Both the position numbers and the translations under genes were made by a program. This document shows positions 1 to 9,575 of a stretch of 22,494 nucleotides of DNA, piece after piece. Numbering within the stretch: the first letter of the stretch is position 1; every line of letters starts with the position of its first letter. The stretch is from Polyangiaceae bacterium (GTDB lineage Bacteria; Myxococcota_A; Polyangia; Polyangiales; Polyangiaceae), in NCBI GenBank assembly GCA_044222475.1, contig JBGANF010000129.1, positions 1 to 22,494 of the forward strand, written 5' to 3'. The notes beneath the pieces were generated by a model that ran no database searches, was not told the DNA's origin, and was given only the letters and a program-made list of their open reading frames with translations.

Positions 1-234
1 GAGCGCCTCGCTCGCCGCGCGAGCGTCCCGCCGCCCGCGTCGCAGCGCGCCGGCGCCGAGCCGATCGTGCTCGACGTCCCGCAGAACGGGACCACGTTCG
101 ACGATCTCGAGCGCGAGATCCTCGCGCAGATCCTCCAGCGTCACGGCGGCAATCAATCGAAGGCAGCGCGCTCTCTCGGTCTGTCGGAGAGCACGCTGCG
201 CAGTCGCCTGAAGCGCCTCGGTCTCAAAGGTTAG
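1..234 (+). CDS. C-terminal fragment of a Fis-type HTH transcriptional regulator, probably a sigma-54-dependent enhancer-binding protein; 5' end outside the window
   Basis: Frame 1 translated by hand: ...TTFDDLEREILAQILQRHGGNQSKAARSLGLSESTLRSRLKRLGLKG*, TAG at 232-234. Matches the LE.E.I...L....GN...AA..LG.S..TL..R.K..G signature of Fis-type HTH domains. Confidence 0.88.
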   Translation, partial: ERLARRASVPPPASQRAGAEPIVLDVPQNGTTFDDLEREILAQILQRHGGNQSKAARSLGLSESTLRSRLKRLGLKG

Positions 235-245
235 TGCTGGTGACC

Positions 246-341
246 GGGGCCGTTGGGGGCGGGCCCCCAACTGAGGACCTTCGCGGCGAAGCCGCGGAGG
301 TCCGAATGTCTCAACGGGGTGTCGGGGGCGCAGCCCCTGAC
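246..341. repeat. REP-like palindromic element with three hairpins between convergent genes; possible bidirectional terminator or RNA stability element
   Basis: Hairpins at 252-271 (GTTGGGGG-CGGG-CCCCCAAC), 275-303 (GGACCTTCGCGGC-GAA-GCCGCGGAGGTCC) and 321-341 (GTCGGGGGC-GCA-GCCCCTGAC). Hairpins 1 and 3 are degenerate direct copies, each preceded by GGGG. Confidence 0.65.
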
Positions 342-342
342 C

Positions 343-933
343 TCAAGGAGTGCACTGCGGGAACGGCTTCCGGCAGGACTGAATGGGGTTGTTCGCGCAG
401 GTGTACTGGGTGCAGACGCCGCCGTCGTTCGTGCACTCCGCGGTCGTCTTGCAGAGCTGGATGCCTTGGTTGCCGCAGCTGTTCTGACACGAAGCCGTGA
501 TGGAGTTGCCGCCGAACTGGACGCAACAGACTTGGTTGTTCGGGCAATCGGCCTTCTCGTCGCACGTCGTGACGGCGCCGTTCTGACACCCGTTGGGCGC
601 GGTGCAGGTGCGCGTGAGGCCGAAGCCTCCGTCGGCGCCGCCGTCCGCCTGGAAGCGCACGCAGCACTGCTGCGCCGGGACGTTGCAGACGTTCGTGCCG
701 CACTGCACGGTGCCGGGCGTGGAGCCGCCGTCACCGGTCGTGATCGGGCCGTCGGGTTGCGGTCCGCCGTCGTTCGGCGGCGGGTTGTTGACGTCGTTGG
801 TGCTCGAGTCGTTCGGCGGGTTCGTGGCGTCCGTGCCGGTGTCGGGGATGTCGGTTGCCGACTCTCCGCCGCAGGCGATCGAGGCGAGGGCAATGGTACA
901 GCTGGCGAAGAGAACGAAGGTGGTGCGCATCAT
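343..933 (-). CDS. Cys-rich lipoprotein of unknown function
   Basis: MMRTTFVLFASCTIALASIAC-GG lipoprotein signal peptide, Asp/Pro/Thr-rich linker, and two related CC-containing modules (QQCCVRF, QVCCVQF). Start placed at ATG 933; 930 is also possible. Confidence 0.8.
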   Translation of the reverse strand: MMRTTFVLFASCTIALASIACGGESATDIPDTGTDATNPPNDSSTNDVNNPPPNDGGPQPDGPITTGDGGSTPGTVQCGTNVCNVPAQQCCVRFQADGGADGGFGLTRTCTAPNGCQNGAVTTCDEKADCPNNQVCCVQFGGNSITASCQNSCGNQGIQLCKTTAECTNDGGVCTQYTCANNPIQSCRKPFPQCTP

Positions 934-975
934 GGAATCTTCGCGCGGATGCGCCACGCGCACAACAAAACCGGC

Positions 976-2364
976 TCAGCGCTCGTCGGCTCCGACGTCA
1001 CGCGCGGCGGGGCGACTCGCCCCGTCGATGTCACCGTCGCAGATTCCTTGGGGAACTGCCGCGCCCTTGTCGATTGCCGCCGATGCAGTCGACTGTAGGT
1101 GAAGGTCGGCGTTGGAGGGGCTCACGAAGAACGCGGCGGTCGCGGTGGCGACGTTTCCCGCCTCCGTCGCGACCGCTTGATCGCGCGCCTTCTGCGCGTG
1201 GCTCGACAGGTTGTTCGTCACCACCGGGTTCGTCCCGAGGAAGCGCCACTCGATCGAGCTGCCCTTCGGCGCCTGCGTCGAGAAGACCGTGTTGTGTACC
1301 ACATTGGTACCGCCGCAACCCTTCTCGAGCGAGATGCCGACGTCGAAGCCGGCGGCCGACGACAGGAGCGCCGCGTCGTTCGCGACGACGAAGTTGTTTC
1401 GCACGACGCCTCCGACGCTCCCGTAGTTCGTGACCCCGGCGCAGGGGTTGTCGTTGTAGACGCGACCTTGCGTCGCATCGCCGAGGCCCAGCCCGATGCC
1501 GCGCGCGTCGTTCGCGAGGACGTTGCGCTCGACGATGGTGTCGCGGCAGCCCTTCCAGCAGTGGATGCCGTGCTCGGAGAGCCCTGCCGGGCACCAGAAG
1601 CCTTCGATCCAGTTGTCGCGAATGGTCCACCCGCGCGCCGCGTGGATGTCGATGCCGCCGGTGTAGCAGTTGTCGCGGATCTTGGCGCGACCCGCGCTCG
1701 TCAGCGTGATGCGCGAGCACGCGATGAGCCCCGAGTCCTCGGTGTTCGTGAAGCCGGGCTCGTCGGGGTTGACCTTGATGCCTTGCTGTCCCGGGTCCTC
1801 GATCGCAACGCGGTAGATCTTCACTCCGGTGATCGGCTTCGGGTTCGTGAAGGCCGGGATGACGTGGATCGGATGATCGTAGGCGCGGCGCACGGTGAGG
1901 TCGGCGACGGTGACGTCACTGGCGGCGACGTTGACGATGCTCTGCCCGAAGCCCTGCGCGTAGTTCGCGTCGAAGACGACCTTGGTCGCGTCACCGCTCT
2001 TGCCGCGCAGCGTGACGCCGGGCTTGTCGATGTAGACGTACTCGTCGACCGCGAACGTGTACGTGCCGTCCTCGACGAGGATCGTCGCGTTCGCGCTGGC
2101 GTTCTGGAGAGCGGTGCGGAGCGCGGCGACCGTCGCGACCGAGACCGCGTTGCCCGGAGGCGCGGGCAGCGGCGCGCACGCCGGAGACGAGGGGATGCCG
2201 CCGTCGGTCGTGCTGCCGTCGCTGGTGGATCCATCGGAGTTGGTTTGCGCGTCGGTCGTCGACCCGTCCGAGCCGCCGTCCGTCGGGGTCGTCGTCGGGT
2301 CGTCCGTCCCGCACCCGAGACCTACGGTGAGAGCGGCAGCGGCGATCGCGGTCCAGGGCCTCAT
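976..2364 (-). CDS. Right-handed parallel beta-helix (pectate-lyase-like fold) lipoprotein with a C-terminal choice-of-anchor-Q-like tail
   Basis: Signal MRPWTAIAAAALTVGLGC, DGG/DGS linker, TILVEDGTY N-cap, repeats such as WTIRDNWI, TIVERNVL, VVRNNFV, VVHNTV, and tail DLHLQSTASAAIDKG...DIDGASR...DVGADE. Alternative start at 2373. Confidence 0.85.
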   Translation of the reverse strand: MRPWTAIAAAALTVGLGCGTDDPTTTPTDGGSDGSTTDAQTNSDGSTSDGSTTDGGIPSSPACAPLPAPPGNAVSVATVAALRTALQNASANATILVEDGTYTFAVDEYVYIDKPGVTLRGKSGDATKVVFDANYAQGFGQSIVNVAASDVTVADLTVRRAYDHPIHVIPAFTNPKPITGVKIYRVAIEDPGQQGIKVNPDEPGFTNTEDSGLIACSRITLTSAGRAKIRDNCYTGGIDIHAARGWTIRDNWIEGFWCPAGLSEHGIHCWKGCRDTIVERNVLANDARGIGLGLGDATQGRVYNDNPCAGVTNYGSVGGVVRNNFVVANDAALLSSAAGFDVGISLEKGCGGTNVVHNTVFSTQAPKGSSIEWRFLGTNPVVTNNLSSHAQKARDQAVATEAGNVATATAAFFVSPSNADLHLQSTASAAIDKGAAVPQGICDGDIDGASRPAARDVGADER

Positions 2365-2396
2365 TTCGCCCATTATCCACGGTGTTCCCGGCGGCG

Positions 2397-2411
2397 TGTT
2401 AGCATTCGCCC
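2397..2411 (+). promoter_or_regulatory. Extended -10 element, probably driving a leaderless transcript of the kinase gene
   Basis: TG-T-TAGCAT (2397-2405), then 6 nt, then ATG 2412; no Shine-Dalgarno in the gap. Confidence 0.5.
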
Positions 2412-4220
2412 ATGGCCGCTTCGGTCACCTCCGGAGCCCGTCTGCCCAAGCTGGCGAAGTACGAAGTGCTCGAAGAGATCGGGCATGGCGGCATGGCCAC
2501 GGTGTACCGGGCGAAAGACCCACGTCTCGGGCGCGAGGTCGCGGTGAAGGTGATTCACCCACACCTCCGCGATTCGACCGAGGTCGCCGCGCGGTTCGTC
2601 ACTGAAGCCCACGCAGTCGCGAAGCTGCGCCACCCGAACATCGTCGAGGTCTTCGACGTCTCGGGCGAGGACGACCGTGAGCGGTATCTCGTCGTCGAGC
2701 TGCTCCGAGGCGAGACGCTCCGCGCGCTGTTGAAGCAGCGCGGTGCGCTCCCGCCGGAGGTCGCCGCGGCCATGGCGCTCGAGCTGCTCGCGGCGGTCGC
2801 GCACGCGCACGGCGAAGGGATCGTCCATCGCGACGTGAAGCCCGAGAACGTCCTCGTCGAGATCGGCGACGGCGACGGCGACGGCGCGATCAAGATCAAG
2901 CTCACCGACTTCGGCATCGCGAAGCTCCTCGACGAGAAGGGCGTCACGTCGACCGGTCAGGTCCTCGGCAGCCCCGCCCACATGGCGCCAGAGCAGATCG
3001 AGGGCGGCGCGATCGACGCGCGCAGCGACGTCTTCGGGATGGGCGTGCTCCTCTACGAGTGCATGGTCGGGCACCTCCCGTTCGAGGGGAACAACCCGGC
3101 GCAGGTCCTTCGTCGCGTGCTCGACGGGCAGTACCCGCCGGCCGACATCGAGCGTCCGACGGTCGGGAAGAAGTTCAGCCTCATCCTCGATCTCGCGCTG
3201 GCCCACTCGCAAGACGATCGCTACCCGTCGGCGCAGGCCATGCGCGACGCGCTCGCGGCGGAGCTGAAGCGGCTCGGGGTGGACGACCCGAAGAAAGAGA
3301 TCCGCGACTTCCTCCACGACCCCGAGGGCTACGTCGAGGCGCACGAGAAGCGCACCGTCGACAAGCTGTGCGCGCTCGGCGCCGCCGCGCGAAAGGCGGA
3401 GCGCGCGCTCGACGCGGCCGCGGACTACAACCGCGCGTTGGCGTACGCCCCGAACGATCCGGCGCTCATGAAGATCGTCGGCGGGATGCACCGCGCCGAG
3501 GCGCGAGCGCGGATGATCAAGCGCGTCGCGCCGCTCGTTCTCGGTGGGGTGGTCGCCTGCTTGATCGCGTTCGGGCTCGCGAAGTGGCTCCGCGCGAGGG
3601 GGAACGACGTCGGGCCTGATCTCTCACCGAGCGCGTCGACGAGCGCGGTCGCGAGCACCAGCGCGTCGGTGCCGCCGATCGCGTCGGTGGTGCCGTCTGC
3701 GTCGAGCTCGGTCAACGTGGTCGCGTCGACGCCGACGTCGGTGCGAACCGTCGTGGTGCCCACCGGCGGAGCGGACGCCGCGCGTCCCACCATCAGCCGC
3801 ACGCTCAAGTTCGCCAGCGTGTCGCCGCAGAGCGTCACCGTCATCGTCGACGACGGAGAGGCCCACCCGATCGACGACATGGTGAACAACTCCTTGCCGA
3901 TCGACGGACGAGCGCACCACCTCCGTTTCCAGTGCGCGAACAACGCCTGCGAATCCAAAGAGGTCGACGTCGCCGAAGGAAGGGACGACGTGTCGCTCCC
4001 GGTAGCCCTCAAGTTCAAGGCCGCGTTGCTCCTGGTCGACGGAAAGCCCGACGGAAACTACGGCATCAACGAGAACCCGACGATCGTCGTGAAGCTCGGG
4101 ACGCCGGTCTCGATTCCGATGAACAACGGAACCGAGTGGGTCACCGTCGAGGACCGAAACCACGACCTGTCGAAGAAGGTGAAGCTCACGGCCGGGCAGC
4201 AGACGCGGGTCGAATTCTGA
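2412..4220 (+). CDS. Membrane-anchored Hanks-type Ser/Thr protein kinase
   Basis: IGHGGMATVY, VAVKV, HRDVKPEN, DFGIAK, MAPEQ and DVFGMG motifs. Followed by a helical TPR-like segment, one TM helix (LVLGGVVACLIAFGLA), a Ser/Ala/Pro linker and a beta-rich PEGA-like exterior region. Confidence 0.95.
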   Translation: MAASVTSGARLPKLAKYEVLEEIGHGGMATVYRAKDPRLGREVAVKVIHPHLRDSTEVAARFVTEAHAVAKLRHPNIVEVFDVSGEDDRERYLVVELLRGETLRALLKQRGALPPEVAAAMALELLAAVAHAHGEGIVHRDVKPENVLVEIGDGDGDGAIKIKLTDFGIAKLLDEKGVTSTGQVLGSPAHMAPEQIEGGAIDARSDVFGMGVLLYECMVGHLPFEGNNPAQVLRRVLDGQYPPADIERPTVGKKFSLILDLALAHSQDDRYPSAQAMRDALAAELKRLGVDDPKKEIRDFLHDPEGYVEAHEKRTVDKLCALGAAARKAERALDAAADYNRALAYAPNDPALMKIVGGMHRAEARARMIKRVAPLVLGGVVACLIAFGLAKWLRARGNDVGPDLSPSASTSAVASTSASVPPIASVVPSASSSVNVVASTPTSVRTVVVPTGGADAARPTISRTLKFASVSPQSVTVIVDDGEAHPIDDMVNNSLPIDGRAHHLRFQCANNACESKEVDVAEGRDDVSLPVALKFKAALLLVDGKPDGNYGINENPTIVVKLGTPVSIPMNNGTEWVTVEDRNHDLSKKVKLTAGQQTRVEF

Positions 4221-4227
4221 GGTTCCG

Positions 4228-4242
4228 TGGTACCCTCGCCGC
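4228..4242 (+). promoter_or_regulatory. Extended -10 element, probably leaderless
   Basis: TG-G-TACCCT (4228-4236), then 6 nt, then GTG 4243. Confidence 0.45.
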
Positions 4243-5283
4243 GTGTTTCGTGTGCGGCACGCGTGCGCGGTCCTCCTAGTCGGCGCGGCAGTGCTCGGGG
4301 CGTCGGTCGCTCGGGCGCAGAGCCAGGTCGACTTTGCGACCTGTCGTAACGCGTACGTCACCAAGGACTACCGTGAGGCGGAGGCGCGCTTCGCCAGCCT
4401 CGCGAAGGTGCTCGAGAGCGCGCCGAAGCACACGCCACAGCTCCTCGACGTGTGGATGTATCTCGGGGCGGCGAAGCTGGGTCGCGCGCTCCGCGTCGAT
4501 TCGGTCGATCCCATCGAGAACGGCGAACGTCAGACCCTGAAAGCCGATGCGGCGAAGCTCTTCGAGAAGGTCATCCTCGAAGACCCTCAGTACGCGCCCG
4601 ATGCCACCAGCTTCCCCACGTACGTCCTCGACGCGTACGGCGACGTGAAGCGGAGCCTCGCCGACAAGCTCAACCAGATCGCCATCGCGGCCGCGAAGGA
4701 GAAGGCGCGCCAGGAGCAGATCGCCCGCGATCTCAAGGACCAGCAAGACGCCTACGTGAAGCTCCTCGAGAAGCAGGCCTCGAGCGAGTCCGTCGTCGAC
4801 CATCACTCGCGGTGGATCGCTCTCGTCCCGTTCGGCGTCGGTCAGTTCCAGAACGGCAAGCCGGCGCTCGGCGCGGTCTTCCTGGGGCTCGAGGCCGCGT
4901 GCATCATCGGCACGGGCGTGACGTTCGCGATGTACCGCCTCGACATCTCGCGCGGCGCCGAGGCGATCGCCGACCAGACGTTGACGCGGCGCGACGCGCT
5001 CCTCCGCTACCAGGCATACACGGACCGCGCGGAGGTCATCCGGATCGTGAACCTGACGTTCGCCGCCGCGGCCGGGCTGGCGATGGCCATCGGCATCCTC
5101 GAGGCGCAGATTGGCTTCGTCGGTGACACGTCCGCAATCCGTGCGCGGCCCCTCCCGCAGAAGCCTCCCCTGCCCCAGCGGTCGGCGTTCGTCGTCGCTC
5201 CGACGATCGCGCCGCTCTTCGGGGAGCGGTCGGATGGAACGCTGTCCGTGGGCGCGCAAATCGGGGTCGTTGGCCGGTTCTGA
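4243..5283 (+). CDS. Exported TPR-like protein with C-terminal hydrophobic helices
   Basis: Signal peptide ending ARA-Q; helical TPR-like region ([35 protein letters not shown]); coiled coil; [12 protein letters not shown] motif; two hydrophobic helices; C-terminal alternating strand ending GVVGRF. Confidence 0.75.
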   Translation: MFRVRHACAVLLVGAAVLGASVARAQSQVDFATCRNAYVTKDYREAEARFASLAKVLESAPKHTPQLLDVWMYLGAAKLGRALRVDSVDPIENGERQTLKADAAKLFEKVILEDPQYAPDATSFPTYVLDAYGDVKRSLADKLNQIAIAAAKEKARQEQIARDLKDQQDAYVKLLEKQASSESVVDHHSRWIALVPFGVGQFQNGKPALGAVFLGLEAACIIGTGVTFAMYRLDISRGAEAIADQTLTRRDALLRYQAYTDRAEVIRIVNLTFAAAAGLAMAIGILEAQIGFVGDTSAIRARPLPQKPPLPQRSAFVVAPTIAPLFGERSDGTLSVGAQIGVVGRF

Positions 5284-5312
5284 CGAACGTCTCGTTGTGC
5301 TATGGAAGCGCG

Positions 5313-8204
5313 ATGAGCGTGTCTCTTACGCACCCTGATCGTTTCGTTCGCCGCCACGTCGGACTCGGTCCCAAGGACGTCGAGTCGATGGTTCGAGAGA
5401 CTGGAGCCGCGTCGCTGGACGCGCTCGTCGCCGAAACCGTCCCCGAGAGCATTCGCACGCCGAAGCCGCTCGCGCTCCCGGCCTCGATCTCGGAGCACGA
5501 GCTCCTCGGCCTCGCCGCCGAGCTCGCGGCGAAGAACCGGATCCATCGCTCCTTCATCGGCATGGGCTACAGCGACTGCATCACCCCGCCGGTGATCCTG
5601 CGCAACATCCTGCTCAACCCCGGTTGGTACACGCAGTACACGCCGTACCAGGCCGAGATCGCGCAGGGCCGCCTCGAAGCGCTCCTCAACTTCCAGACGA
5701 TGATCATGGATCTCACCGGGCTCGAGATCGCGAACGCGTCCCTCCTCGACGAGGGCACCGCCGCCGCCGAGGCCATGCACCTCGCGTACGAGTTCAAAGG
5801 CGGCGAGACCCACGAGACGTTCTTCGTCTCCAAGCACTGCCACCCGCAGACGATCGAGGTCGTCAGCGCGCGCGCCCACGCGATCGGGATCCACGTCGTC
5901 GTCGCCGACGAGGACTCGTTCGACTTCGCGAGCGAGAAGAGCAAGATCTTCGGCGCTCTCCTCCAGTACCCGCGGACGTGCGGGCAGGTCGTCGACGTGC
6001 GCGGCTTCACCGAGAAGGTGCACGCGCAAGGCGGGCTCGTCGTGCTCTGCGCCGATCTCCTGTCGCTCGCGGTGCTCGTTCCTCCGGGTGAGCTCGGCGC
6101 CGACGTCGCGGTCGGCAACACGCAGCGCTTCGGCGTCCCGCTCGGATTCGGCGGCCCGCACGCGGCCTACTTCGCGACGAAGAACGACTACGTGCGGAAG
6201 CTCCCGGGGCGCATCATCGGCGTCTCGGAGGACTCGCACAAGAAGCCGGCGCTGCGCATGGCGCTCCAGACGCGCGAGCAACACATCCGGCGCGAGAAGG
6301 CGACGAGCAACATCTGCACCGCTCAGGCGCTGCTCGCGATCATCGCGGGCATGTACGCGGTCTACCACGGGCCCGAGGGCATCCGCGGCATCGCCGAGCG
6401 CGTCCACGGCATGGCGTGCACGCTCGCCGCCGGGCTCACGAAGCTCGGCAAGACCGTCCGCGACGCGACCTACTTCGACACCGTTCACGTCAGCGGCACC
6501 GCGGCCGAGTGCGACGGCTGGATGAAGAGCGCGCTCGCCGCGAAGATCAACCTGCGGCGGCTCGACGCGAAGAGCATCACCATCGCCCTCGACGAGACCA
6601 CGAGCGAGTCCGACCTGCGCGCGCTCTTCGGCGTGTTCGGCGGCGACGCCGGCAAGGCGCTCGATCCGAGCGCCCTCGCCAAGAGCACCGACAGCGCGGT
6701 GCCGGCGGCGCTGCGCCGCACGTCCGCGTACCTCACGCACCCGATCTTCAACACCCACCGCTCCGAGACCGAGATGCTGCGCTACCTGCGCACGCTCGAG
6801 AGCCGCGATCTGTCGCTCACCCACGCGATGATCCCGCTCGGGTCGTGCACGATGAAGCTCAACGCGACGGCCGAGATGATGCCGATCACCGAGCCGGGCT
6901 GGAACCGGATTCACCCGTTCGCGCCGCTCGATCAAGCGCAGGGCTACGTCGAGATGTTCCGCGAGCTCGAGTCCATGCTCAGCGAGATCACCGGCTTCGC
7001 GGCGACGTCGCTGCAGCCGAACGCGGGCTCGCAGGGCGAGTACGCGGGGCTCCTCGTGATCCGGCGCTACCTCGAGAGCAAGGGCCAGGGCCACCGGAAG
7101 ATCTGCCTCATCCCGCAGTCGGCGCACGGGACGAACCCGGCGTCGGCCGTCATGGCCGGCATGCAGGTCGTCGTCGTGAAGACCGACGAGAACGGCAACG
7201 TCGACGTCGCCGATCTCGAGGCGCGCGCGAAGGAGCACTCGGCGAACCTCGCGGCGCTGATGGTGACCTACCCGTCGACCCACGGCGTCTTCGAAGAGGA
7301 CATCAAGCGGATCTGCGCGCTCATCCACGAGCACGGCGGTCAGGTCTACATGGACGGCGCGAACATGAACGCGCAGGTCGGTCTGTGCCGCCCCGGCGAG
7401 ATCGGCGCCGACGTCTGTCACCTGAACCTGCACAAGACGTTCTGCATCCCGCACGGCGGCGGTGGTCCCGGAATGGGACCGATCTGCTGCGCGAAGCACC
7501 TCGCGCCGTACCTGCCGTCGCACGTCGAGGCCAGCGGCGAGTGGAAGCGGCCCGAAGGCATCGGCGCGATCTCGGCGGCGCCGTGGGGAAGCGCGAGCAT
7601 CCTCCTCATCAGCTGGGCGTACATCCGGATGATGGGCGCGGACGGCCTCACCTACGCGACGAAGACCGCGATCCTTGCGGCGAACTACGTCGCGAAGCGG
7701 CTCGAGCGTCACTACCCCGTCGTCTACAAGGGGAAGAAGGGGCGCGTCGCGCACGAGTGCATCCTCGACGTGCGTCAGCTGAAGAAGGCGGTCGGCATCG
7801 AGGTCGACGACGTCGCGAAGCGCCTCATCGACTACGGCTTCCACGCGCCGACGATGAGCTTCCCGATCGCCGGGACGCTCATGGTCGAGCCGACCGAGAG
7901 CGAGCCGCTCTCCGAGCTCGATCGCTTCTGCGACGCGATGATCGCGATCCGCGAGGAGATCCGCGCGATCGAAGAAGGTCGCCTCCCCAAGGACGACAAC
8001 CCGCTCAAGCACGCGCCGCACACCGCCGAGACGGTGACGGCGACGGAGTGGACTCACCCGTACTCGCGCCAGATGGCGGCGTTCCCCACCAAGGAGACGA
8101 TCGCGCGGAAGTTCTGGCCGCCGGTCGGGCGGCTGAACAACGCGCTGGGCGACCGCAAGCTCGTCTGCTCGTGTCTGCCGGTCGAAGCGTACGCCAATCC
8201 GTGA
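5313..8204 (+). CDS. gcvP: Glycine dehydrogenase (decarboxylating), glycine cleavage system P protein, single-chain form
   Basis: [60 protein letters not shown], the PLP-lysine motif [18 protein letters not shown], and [12 protein letters not shown] 5313 lies 6 nt after TG-C-TATGGA. Confidence 0.98.
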   Translation: MSVSLTHPDRFVRRHVGLGPKDVESMVRETGAASLDALVAETVPESIRTPKPLALPASISEHELLGLAAELAAKNRIHRSFIGMGYSDCITPPVILRNILLNPGWYTQYTPYQAEIAQGRLEALLNFQTMIMDLTGLEIANASLLDEGTAAAEAMHLAYEFKGGETHETFFVSKHCHPQTIEVVSARAHAIGIHVVVADEDSFDFASEKSKIFGALLQYPRTCGQVVDVRGFTEKVHAQGGLVVLCADLLSLAVLVPPGELGADVAVGNTQRFGVPLGFGGPHAAYFATKNDYVRKLPGRIIGVSEDSHKKPALRMALQTREQHIRREKATSNICTAQALLAIIAGMYAVYHGPEGIRGIAERVHGMACTLAAGLTKLGKTVRDATYFDTVHVSGTAAECDGWMKSALAAKINLRRLDAKSITIALDETTSESDLRALFGVFGGDAGKALDPSALAKSTDSAVPAALRRTSAYLTHPIFNTHRSETEMLRYLRTLESRDLSLTHAMIPLGSCTMKLNATAEMMPITEPGWNRIHPFAPLDQAQGYVEMFRELESMLSEITGFAATSLQPNAGSQGEYAGLLVIRRYLESKGQGHRKICLIPQSAHGTNPASAVMAGMQVVVVKTDENGNVDVADLEARAKEHSANLAALMVTYPSTHGVFEEDIKRICALIHEHGGQVYMDGANMNAQVGLCRPGEIGADVCHLNLHKTFCIPHGGGGPGMGPICCAKHLAPYLPSHVEASGEWKRPEGIGAISAAPWGSASILLISWAYIRMMGADGLTYATKTAILAANYVAKRLERHYPVVYKGKKGRVAHECILDVRQLKKAVGIEVDDVAKRLIDYGFHAPTMSFPIAGTLMVEPTESEPLSELDRFCDAMIAIREEIRAIEEGRLPKDDNPLKHAPHTAETVTATEWTHPYSRQMAAFPTKETIARKFWPPVGRLNNALGDRKLVCSCLPVEAYANP

Positions 8205-8779
8205 GTCGCGCGGCCGGCGCGCTCTTCGCGCTGTTCGTCGCCGGCTGCGCGGCGAGCCCGCCGCCGACTTCGACCCCCCGGCACGACTCGGAAGATGCCG
8301 GCCTGCCGGACGCCACCGCCGGCGTCGCGAGCCTCCCCGACGCAGCGCCTCCACCGCTCGCGTTCTCGATCGAGCTCCAGCGCACGACGTGCAACTGGAT
8401 CTGCCCGGCGTACACCGTGACGATCCGCGCCGACGGCTCCGTGCTGTACCTAGGCGACCAGTTCGTTCGCGTGCACGGCAAGGCCTCGGACCGGATCTCG
8501 CCCCGCGACGCGCGTTCCCTCGCCGACGTCTTCGACATGGCGAGCTTCGACGCGCTCGTGGTCCCGAGCGCATGCCCGAAGGGGATCGCGGCCGGCCAGG
8601 GAACGATGCGCCTCACGTACACGCACGACGGCAAGACTCGAACGATCGAGGTCGACATGGGAAACCAATGCCGGCCTCACGTCCTGGGCGACCTCGGCGA
8701 CGCGGTCGATCGCTACGCCGACGTCGATCGCTGGATCCGGTGCGGCAAGGGCGACGATCGTCTGTGCCGGAAGCCGTGA
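8201..8779 (+). CDS. DUF6438-like domain lipoprotein
   Basis: GTG start overlaps the gcvP stop (GTGA). Lipobox [36 protein letters not shown] matches the recalled I.L.RT.C.G.CP.Y.VTI..DG.V.Y.G signature. It is the 3' part of the 6416..8779 ORF. Confidence 0.78.
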   Translation: MSRAAGALFALFVAGCAASPPPTSTPRHDSEDAGLPDATAGVASLPDAAPPPLAFSIELQRTTCNWICPAYTVTIRADGSVLYLGDQFVRVHGKASDRISPRDARSLADVFDMASFDALVVPSACPKGIAAGQGTMRLTYTHDGKTRTIEVDMGNQCRPHVLGDLGDAVDRYADVDRWIRCGKGDDRLCRKP

Positions 8780-8780
8780 G

Positions 8781-9575
8781 CTACTCCGCGCCTGGCGCTC
8801 CTGGCGGTTTCTTCTCTTCGCGCCGTCGCGAGCGGGGAACCAGCAGCACCACGCAGGAGAGCATCGCCGCCGAGAAGAACCACACGTTCGTCGCGAGCGC
8901 CCCGAACGTGTGAATCCCGACGCACAGTGCAACCGCCATCCAGTACGGCCGGCGCACCGCGAGGACCGCGGCGAGCGAAAACTCGGCCACGACCGCCGCG
9001 CGCGCGAGCCACGCGTCCACCGTCTTGCTCGCGAGCGCCCGAGCGACGAACCCGGGATACGGCCAGTGGTTGCCCTCGCGCAGGAACGTGGTTCGAACGA
9101 AGATCCCGTCGCCACCGATCCACGACGGCCCGAGCTTGAGCCACGCGGTCGCCGCGTACACGAACGCCACCTGCGCCAAGAGCACGTCCCGTACCCATTT
9201 GGGATGCTTCGGACCGCCTTTGAACGGTCCTCCGTCTCCGTGGGCGACGAGCAACGTGACGACCGCGAAGAAGTGGAAGTCGTTCAGCCCGAAGATCCGC
9301 GCTTGCCAGAACCGCAGCCCGGCCGACGCGATGCCTGCAACATACACCCACCTCCCGAGAACGAGGCACACGCCGCACGCGATGAGGCCGAGCTGAAGCA
9401 GGAGCATCTCGGTGTTGCGCGGGTGCGGAAACCAGTCGCCCTCGTGCTCGGTCGCGCCCAGCGCGACGTCGACCACGTCGTACGCGAGCGTGACCGCGCA
9501 GAAGACGCGCCGAAACCGCGGCACGGCGGCGTCGGCGTCTTCGGCGGAGAGCCAGCGCTCAAGGGCAGCTTTCAC
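8781..9575 (-). CDS. HTTM-domain membrane protein resembling the N-terminal part of vitamin K-dependent gamma-carboxylase
   Basis: Several TM helices. Motifs PKWVRDVLLAQVAFVYAATAWLKLGPSWIGG (Q...VY...K-L...W..G), GLNDFHF and GIHTFGALATNVWFFS are typical of HTTM/VKGC proteins. Confidence 0.8.
   Translation of the reverse strand: MKAALERWLSAEDADAAVPRFRRVFCAVTLAYDVVDVALGATEHEGDWFPHPRNTEMLLLQLGLIACGVCLVLGRWVYVAGIASAGLRFWQARIFGLNDFHFFAVVTLLVAHGDGGPFKGGPKHPKWVRDVLLAQVAFVYAATAWLKLGPSWIGGDGIFVRTTFLREGNHWPYPGFVARALASKTVDAWLARAAVVAEFSLAAVLAVRRPYWMAVALCVGIHTFGALATNVWFFSAAMLSCVVLLVPRSRRREEKKPPGAPGAE

Noticed and set aside
246..341. CRISPR array or tRNA
   Set aside because: Only two degenerate repeat units without regular spacers, and no cloverleaf or T-loop consensus.
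2865..2886. (GGCGAC)3 tandem repeat in the kinase gene as a phase-variation site
   Set aside because: Short, in-frame hexamer encoding a GDGDGDG loop; slippage would not shift the frame.
6416..8200. 5' extension of the 787-aa ORF that ends in the DUF6438-like domain
   Set aside because: Arg-rich alternate frame inside gcvP; the real gene begins at the GTGA overlap at 8201 with a lipoprotein signal.
5007..8573. 1188-aa minus-strand ORF and other long antisense ORFs (1099..2547, 2373..3491, 15915..17687, 18317..20629, 20659..22413)
   Set aside because: They mirror well-supported genes on the other strand, are Arg/Ala/Val-rich without family motifs, and are expected from stop-codon scarcity at high GC.
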